This document shows positions 58,848-64,000 of a stretch of 64,000 bases of DNA, in pieces. Origin of the DNA: Candidatus Dormibacter sp. (GTDB taxonomy: Bacteria; Chloroflexota; Dormibacteria; Aeolococcales; Aeolococcaceae). Under the pieces are notes generated by a model. It did no database searches. It was given only the letters and a program-made list of their open reading frames with translations, and was not told the origin of the DNA. Positions within the stretch are counted from its first letter, which is position 1, and every line of letters starts with the position of its first letter. Made by a program: the position numbers and the translations under genes. The stretch is from NCBI GenBank assembly GCA_039935655.1, contig JBDTJX010000093.1:4537-68536 (forward strand). The letters are read 5' to 3'.

Positions 58848-58911
58848 CGACATATGATACGACATATTGGCCGACATGGCTAGCACGATTTTGGCGACAT
58901 CTCGGCGACAC
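58848..58911. promoter_or_regulatory. five phased CGACA(T/C) direct repeats upstream of the 397-aa gene
   Basis: CGACAT at 58848, 58860, 58872 and 58895, and CGACAC at 58906, spaced 11-12 bp (one 23-bp gap). They sit in an AT-richer 280-bp intergenic region containing CATATGATACGACATAT. Confidence 0.3.
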
Positions 58912-59129
58912 CAGGAATTTGGCCAGAACCGATCCGCCTGACTTGGGCCCGGGCTGGCTGTGGGATACTTCGGTCCTTGCTACCCGCCGTCCGCCGCAAG
59001 GCGCACTGGCGGGCTTTTCTTTCTCGAGGTTTGCACCCTCTCCCACGTCACCACGGTCGCCGTTTTCTTCGGTGCGGGTCGAGGACCCCTGGAACCTCTC
59101 GTCGGCCCCACGCTGATTAGACGGCGCTC

Positions 59130-60047
59130 CTACTCCTCGTCGAAGAAGTCGAGGTCGATCCGCGGGACCACGTAGGTGCGGTCGGCGGCGACGCCGACGC
59201 CATGCTCGATCATCAGCTCGGCAAGCATCACTCCGTCGATGAGCACGATCCGCTTCTCGATCTGACCGACGTAGGACTTCGCTTCGGCCGTGAACGATGA
59301 CGTCGTGATCATCACCCCCTTCCTCGCCCGAGCACCATCGAGGCTGCCAGCGAAGCCTTGCACCACGGGTCGCCCGACGACGTTCTGCCACCGCTTGGCC
59401 TGGACGTACAGGGCGTCGAGGCCGAGACGATCCTCCTTGATGATGCCGTCGATTCCTTCGTCGCCGGCCTTGCCGACCACCGCGGCCGCGTCAGCGTAGG
59501 ACCCGCCGTAGCCCATGGCCACCAGCAGCCGGACGACCAGTTCCTCGAAGAAGCGAGGGGAGGCGGCCCGTACGCGCTCGAGCAGCTCAGCCGCAACCTG
59601 GCTTCGCACTTCGCGCCAGGTGCGTTCGAGGGTCTCGTCAGGCGTCTCGGCGGACGCGGCTGGCGGGCTCGGCTCGACTTCCCCCGCCGCAGCGGCCGAC
59701 GCCTTGCTTCGGCCCTCAAAGTCGAGAAAAGCGGGGTACTGGCGAAGAAAGGCAAGGTCAATACGATTGGGGCCGGCCGCGAGGACCTTTCTCCCCTCGC
59801 CGGAGATGGCGATGTACCCGCGCCGCGGCGACGTCAGCAGCCCTGCCTGGTACATGTACGTTCGCGCCCATTGGACGCGGCTGTACAGGACGGTCGCTCG
59901 CCCGCTCGGCACGAGGACCTCGCGCTCGCTGTCCGTGAGGTGGAACTCGTCGGCGAGCTGAGGAAGCAGTTCGCTCGTCCTATGCGCCTCGCCGTCGGCC
60001 ACGGCCCGCAGCAACGGCAGCATAAAGGTCTGGTAGTCGGGAATCAC
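59130..60047 (-). CDS. mrr: Mrr-family type IV restriction endonuclease
   Basis: Mrr_N winged-helix N-terminus (MIPDYQTFMLPLLRAV) and C-terminal Mrr_cat PD-(D/E)xK region (...GIDGIIKEDRLGLDALYVQAKRW); 305 aa. Confidence 0.85.
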   Translation of the reverse strand: MIPDYQTFMLPLLRAVADGEAHRTSELLPQLADEFHLTDSEREVLVPSGRATVLYSRVQWARTYMYQAGLLTSPRRGYIAISGEGRKVLAAGPNRIDLAFLRQYPAFLDFEGRSKASAAAAGEVEPSPPAASAETPDETLERTWREVRSQVAAELLERVRAASPRFFEELVVRLLVAMGYGGSYADAAAVVGKAGDEGIDGIIKEDRLGLDALYVQAKRWQNVVGRPVVQGFAGSLDGARARKGVMITTSSFTAEAKSYVGQIEKRIVLIDGVMLAELMIEHGVGVAADRTYVVPRIDLDFFDEE

Positions 60048-60826
60048 AGCATCCGCGACTCTCGCGCTTCCGCGTCGGGCGGTGCCGGCGGAAAGACCAA
60101 GGACGGCTCAGGATCTCGCACCCTGGCGGCGCGGAAGGCGCTCACCTCGAAGCGCCCTCGGGCGTCGGTCCGCTGTTCAGGCGCCCGTATACCTTGCGCA
60201 CGTAGTAGTCGCCGATCGTGGGCCTTGAAATCGGGATCGTCGAGGATCTGCTTGAAGATGGCGTCATTGGCGTCCATGCGCTTGACGATCGTGCCAAGGA
60301 AGATCTTGTCGAACACCAGCCGGAAGTTGTCCAGCGTGTTGTTCTGCGCTTGGGCGGTGAGGTCGGGGTCAGCAGCCCACTCCTCCTCGAATTGGTCGAA
60401 GAGGAGCTGGTCTCGCTCGGTGAGGTAGAGGCCGAACCGCTCGTTCAGCTCCAGCACGATCTCCGACAGCGGCACAAGTTGCAGTTCCTGCTGTTTGCCG
60501 GCGGCGTCGCCGAAGATGCTGCGCACCTCCCCGGTGTCCGACTGCAGCGCCAGTGAGCCCTCGAACGTAACCTCATTGCGCAGGTGGGTGAGCTCGACCT
60601 CGGTGCCGAGGTCGAGACGCTCGGACGTTGTGGCGTCGCGAAGGTAGTTGGCGAGCGCACGGCAGTAGATGTAGTCGCGCTCCAGTTCGGCGCTCGCCAC
60701 CGTGACAACCTGGGACAGGAACGAGTAGATGCGCACGAACTTGGTGAGCGCGTCGCGGAAAGCGAGGCGATCCTCCTCGGACAGCCCCAGGAATCGCCAA
60801 CCCGCTGCAATGAAGCGACTGCCACC
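60044..60826 (-). pseudogene. type I restriction enzyme HsdR C-terminal domain remnant (N-terminal roughly 800 aa missing)
   Basis: HsdR C-terminal/DUF3387-like sequence (...FLGLSEEDRLAFRDALTKFVRIYSFLSQVVTVASAELERDYIYCRALANYL...). The frame opens after a stop at 60827-29, about 70 nt from tRNA-Thr. The stop overlaps the mrr start (ATGA). Confidence 0.6.
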
Positions 60827-60898
60827 TCAGATTATGGGCACGTTGACACCCGTTGTACAGGGGTAGCAGTCGCTGCGTCTGAATACAAAATCAGCGAC

Positions 60899-60973
60899 TG
60901 GAGCCGACGGTCAGGATTGAACTGACGACCTACCGCTTACGAGGCGGTTGCTCTACCGCTGAGCTACGTCGGC
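60899..60973 (-). tRNA. tRNA-Thr (anticodon CGT)
   Basis: Manual cloverleaf on the minus strand: acceptor GCCGACG/CGTCGGC, D GCTC-AGCGGTA-GAGC, anticodon stem ACCGC/GCGGT with loop CTCGTAA, T-arm GTCAG-TTCAATC-CTGAC, discriminator T and an encoded CCA. Confidence 0.85.
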
Positions 60974-61013
60974 ACGGGCCCCTATGGTACCCGGGCCTCG
61001 GCCGCCGGCTCGC

Positions 61014-61916
61014 TCAGGGCAGGCCCCCGTGGGGGATGTCGACGCGCGTGGTCAGCAGAACGGCCTCGCGGGTGTCGCGGCGATTGGCTTCGAAATAGTC
61101 CGGCGCGGCGCAGAGCAGCAGCGTGCGCCCATCGTCGCCGCCGAGCATGCACGCGAAGATGCCGAGGCCCTCCGGGGCACGCACCTCGTCGGCGATTTCA
61201 CCGCCGGGGGCGATGCGGACGCAGCGGGCGCCGATCCCGTCAGCGGCCCAGATGTGCTGCTCCGCGTCGAGCGCGCACCCGTCGGGGGCGACGCGCAGCT
61301 GTTGGAGCGTATCGATCGCCGGACCCAGGGTGACCTCAGGGCCGAGCTGCGCCCACACGCGACGGTCGCGCAGCGTGCCATCGCCGTCGATGGTGAAGGC
61401 GGTGAAGCGGTTGCCGAGTGTCTCCCCGACGATCAGCGTGCCGCCGTCGTCGGTGACCACTGCGCCATTGGGGAAGATCAATCCCTCTGCCGCCACCGCC
61501 ACCGTACCATCCGGGTCGACACGCTTGAGTGATGCGGTCACCGGGTCGTCGAAGGCCATCAGGTCGAAGCCGAAGTCTCCGACCCATGACCGGCCCTGTG
61601 CGTCGACCACCAGGTCATTGAGGACGCCGGTGCAGACATCCGAGACGTCGGCGTGCTCGGTGACAGTGCCGTCGCCGTGACGTCGGAGCAGCCGGTGGTC
61701 GCGCATAGAGACGACCAGCATGTCGCCGTCGGGCAGCCATCCCAGCCCCGATGGCTGACCTTCGACGTCCAGCACCCGCTCCTCGTCACCCGCAGGCGTG
61801 ATCGCGAACACCGCGTGCCGGTACATGTCGGATACCCACCAGCGGCCATCCCGCCAGCGTGGACCCTCGAAGAATGCCCCGCCGTCGCGCAGCACGGTCA
61901 ACTCGCGGTCGGGCAC
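61014..61916 (-). CDS. SMP-30/gluconolactonase/LRE-family beta-propeller protein
   Basis: 300 aa of six-bladed propeller repeats with the family motifs (EGPRW, ...LIFPNGAVV...). Confidence 0.8.
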   Translation of the reverse strand: MPDRELTVLRDGGAFFEGPRWRDGRWWVSDMYRHAVFAITPAGDEERVLDVEGQPSGLGWLPDGDMLVVSMRDHRLLRRHGDGTVTEHADVSDVCTGVLNDLVVDAQGRSWVGDFGFDLMAFDDPVTASLKRVDPDGTVAVAAEGLIFPNGAVVTDDGGTLIVGETLGNRFTAFTIDGDGTLRDRRVWAQLGPEVTLGPAIDTLQQLRVAPDGCALDAEQHIWAADGIGARCVRIAPGGEIADEVRAPEGLGIFACMLGGDDGRTLLLCAAPDYFEANRRDTREAVLLTTRVDIPHGGLP

Positions 61917-61999
61917 CGGCGCACTCTAACGTGGCCCGACGCCAGCCTGGTTGCCCGCGAGCCAGCCGGCCGCGAGGCTCCGGTACCCTTGCCAGTCCC

Positions 62000-64000
62000 A
62001 TGACTGACACGACCTCCGCACCGTCCGAGGCCTCGCCCGTGCTGCTGGACGCCTACGACGCCAGCCGCGTGGAGGCGAAGTGGCGACGGATCTGGGAGGA
62101 ACGCGGCGACTACCGCACCAACCTCGACTCCCCGGAGCGTCCCTTCTACAACCTGGCGATGTTCCCGTACCCCTCGGCGGAAGGGCTGCACGTCGGCCAC
62201 ATGCTGCCGTACAGCGGCGTCGACATCTACGGCCGGTGGCGCCGCCTTCACGGCGACGACGTCTTCGAGCCGATGGGCTTCGACGCCTTCGGCATCCACA
62301 GCGAGAACTACGCGCTGAAGATCGGTGAGCACCCGGCGGTGGTTATGAAGCGCGCCGTCAGCAACTTCCGCGACGGCCAGCTCAAGATGATCGGGGCGAT
62401 GTTCGACTGGGACCACCAGGTGAACACCGCCGATCCCAACTACTACCGCTGGACGCAGTGGCTGTTCCTGCGCTTCTTCGAAGCGGGGCTCGTCGAGTGG
62501 CGCGACGGTGCCGTGCTGTGGTGCCCGTCGTGCCTCACGGTGCTCGCCAACGAGCAGGTGGAACATGGGCGCTGCGAGCGCTGCGACTCCATCGTCGAGA
62601 CCCGCTGGCTGCGTCAGTGGTGGTTGAAGATCACCAAGTACGCGCAGGAGCTGCTCGACGCCCTGGACACGCTGGACTGGTCGGAGTCGACCAAACTGAT
62701 GCAGCGGAACTGGATCGGGCGGCGCGAGGGCGCGCGAATCGTGTTCGACCTCGAGGGCTGCGAGCGCCCCGACGTCGCGGTCTTCACCACTCGCCCCGAC
62801 ACGCTGTTCGGCGCGACGTTCGTGGTCATCGCCGCCGACCATCCCCAGCTGGAGGAATTCGCGCTCGCGGAGCGGCGCGGCGAGCTGAACGCGTGGCGCA
62901 ACCGGCTTCCCGGTCCCGCGGCAGAGCCCGACTTCTCGGTGGGCTTCGACCTCGGATCGACCGCGATCCATCCGCTCAGCGGCGCACGCCTGCCGGCGTG
63001 GTCGGCGCCCTACGTCCTCTATGACTACGGCACCGGGGCGATCATGGCGGTGCCCGGGCACGACGAGCGCGACCACGCGTTCGCCACGGCGCACGGGCTA
63101 CCGATCGTCGAGGTCATCGGCGGCGGCGATGCCGCGGTGGCCGCGTACCCCGGCGAGGGCACGATGATCAACAGCGGCGAGCTCGACGGCATGCCGTCGG
63201 ACCAGGCGCGCAAGCGGATCGTCGAGATGCTGGAGAACGGCCACCGCGGGGAGGCGACGATCACCTACCGGCTGCGCGACTGGCTCATCTCCCGGCAGCG
63301 GTACTGGGGCCCGCCGATCCCCATCATCCACTGCCCCAGGGATGGCCAGGTGGCGGTGCCCGACGAGGACCTGCCCGTGCTGCTGCCTGAGCTTGCCGAT
63401 TTCCGTCCCACAGGCACGGGGGTTTCGCCGCTGGCCACGGTCGAGGACTGGGTCAACGTCACCTGCCCGAGATGCGGCGCCCCGGCGCGACGCGAGACCG
63501 ACGTCAGCGATACGTTCCTCGATTCGAGCTGGTATTTCCTGCGCTATCCCTCGACTGACTTCGACGACGTCGCCTTCGATCGAACGCGCACCGAACGCTG
63601 GTTGCCGGTGGACATGTACATCGGCGGTAACGAGCACGCGGTGCGCCACCTGCTCTACTCGCGCTTCGTGATGCGTGGCCTGCACGGGATGGGGCTGGTC
63701 AACGACCCCGAGCCGTTCGCCAAGTTCCGCGCTCACGGGATGATCGTCAAAGACGGCGCCAAGATGTCCAAGAGCCGCGGCAACGTTGTCAATCCCGATG
63801 AGTACATCGAGAAGTACGGCGCCGACACCTTCCGCCTCTACCTGATGTTCCTGGGCCCGTACACAGCGGGTGGCGACTTCCGCGATGAGGGCATCGTGGG
63901 AATCACTCGTTTCCTGCAGCGCGTCTGGCGCGGCACCCAGAGGGCAACGGTCACCGACGCTGACGACGGCGAGGAGCGCGAGCGGCGCCGTCACCGCCTC
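62000..64000 (+). CDS. leuS: leucyl-tRNA synthetase (5' two-thirds; continues past the window end)
   Basis: ATG at 62000. HIGH-type motif (HVGHMLPY) and CP1/zinc regions (WCPSCLTVLANEQV...CERC), with the KMSKS region (AKMSKSRGN, ~63760) close to the window end. No stop before 64000. Confidence 0.95.
   Translation, partial: MTDTTSAPSEASPVLLDAYDASRVEAKWRRIWEERGDYRTNLDSPERPFYNLAMFPYPSAEGLHVGHMLPYSGVDIYGRWRRLHGDDVFEPMGFDAFGIHSENYALKIGEHPAVVMKRAVSNFRDGQLKMIGAMFDWDHQVNTADPNYYRWTQWLFLRFFEAGLVEWRDGAVLWCPSCLTVLANEQVEHGRCERCDSIVETRWLRQWWLKITKYAQELLDALDTLDWSESTKLMQRNWIGRREGARIVFDLEGCERPDVAVFTTRPDTLFGATFVVIAADHPQLEEFALAERRGELNAWRNRLPGPAAEPDFSVGFDLGSTAIHPLSGARLPAWSAPYVLYDYGTGAIMAVPGHDERDHAFATAHGLPIVEVIGGGDAAVAAYPGEGTMINSGELDGMPSDQARKRIVEMLENGHRGEATITYRLRDWLISRQRYWGPPIPIIHCPRDGQVAVPDEDLPVLLPELADFRPTGTGVSPLATVEDWVNVTCPRCGAPARRETDVSDTFLDSSWYFLRYPSTDFDDVAFDRTRTERWLPVDMYIGGNEHAVRHLLYSRFVMRGLHGMGLVNDPEPFAKFRAHGMIVKDGAKMSKSRGNVVNPDEYIEKYGADTFRLYLMFLGPYTAGGDFRDEGIVGITRFLQRVWRGTQRATVTDADDGEERERRRHRL

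Larger units (their letters stand above)
56600..60898. mobile_element. putative tRNA-Thr-adjacent accessory/defence islet (RES-Xre TA, unknown 397-aa gene, mrr, hsdR remnant); no integrase present
   Basis: It lies immediately 3' of tRNA-Thr. Gene content is restricted to defence and toxin functions plus a decayed gene. Local GC appears a few percent below the flanks by eye, and intergenic regions are AT-richer and repeat-bearing. Confidence 0.35.

Overview
This is a high-GC (about 70%) actinobacterial-type chromosomal segment, mostly core metabolism. Genes are densely packed and frequently coupled by ATGA/GTGA stop-start overlaps. Two tRNAs are present and no rRNA, CRISPR array, IS element, transposase or integrase.

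Reading left to right, the core genes are:
- a cupin protein, a membrane protein and a minimal GGDEF protein
- a complete liv-type branched-chain amino-acid ABC transporter (livF-livG-livM-livH plus a lipoprotein substrate-binding protein)
- a four-gene putative amine/aldehyde catabolic cluster (class III aminotransferase, aldehyde dehydrogenase, alpha/beta hydrolase, FAD oxidoreductase)
- uppP, an MFS exporter, a SurA-like lipoprotein, thpR, a FEN-like 5'-3' exonuclease, aceE and pepN
- a reverse-transsulfuration pair (cystathionine beta-synthase plus a cystathionine gamma-lyase/synthase), glgP and rpe
- an orphan cytoplasmic GAF-GAF histidine kinase followed by a hemerythrin and a stand-alone PHP phosphoesterase
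- a six-gene pentose-phosphate supra-operon (tkt, fused tal-pgi, gnd, zwf, opcA, pgl)
- tRNA-Arg(ACG), a BON-domain protein, ATP-dependent DNA ligase LigC and a frameshifted type IB topoisomerase
- kynA-kynU, DedA and EamA membrane proteins, an SSADH-like aldehyde dehydrogenase, a polysaccharide deacetylase, a HAD hydrolase, a HemK-like methyltransferase and an esterase
- the 5' end of leuS at the right edge.

The most unusual part is a roughly 4.3 kb accessory islet wedged against the 3' end of tRNA-Thr(CGT), about 56.6-60.9 kb. It carries an N-terminally decayed type I restriction hsdR remnant translationally fused to an intact mrr type IV restriction gene. It also carries a RES toxin/Xre-DUF2384 antitoxin pair that is apparently co-transcribed with a 397-aa protein of unknown function bearing a Cys/His cluster; that protein is my best candidate for an undescribed immunity or toxin-associated component. 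Beside the islet, a 5'-truncated beta-helix gene fragment abuts a lipoprotein gene. Other points worth checking are the G5-run frameshift in topIB, a 10-bp inverted-repeat pair in the rpe/histidine-kinase divergent region, and phased CGACAT repeats upstream of the islet operon.
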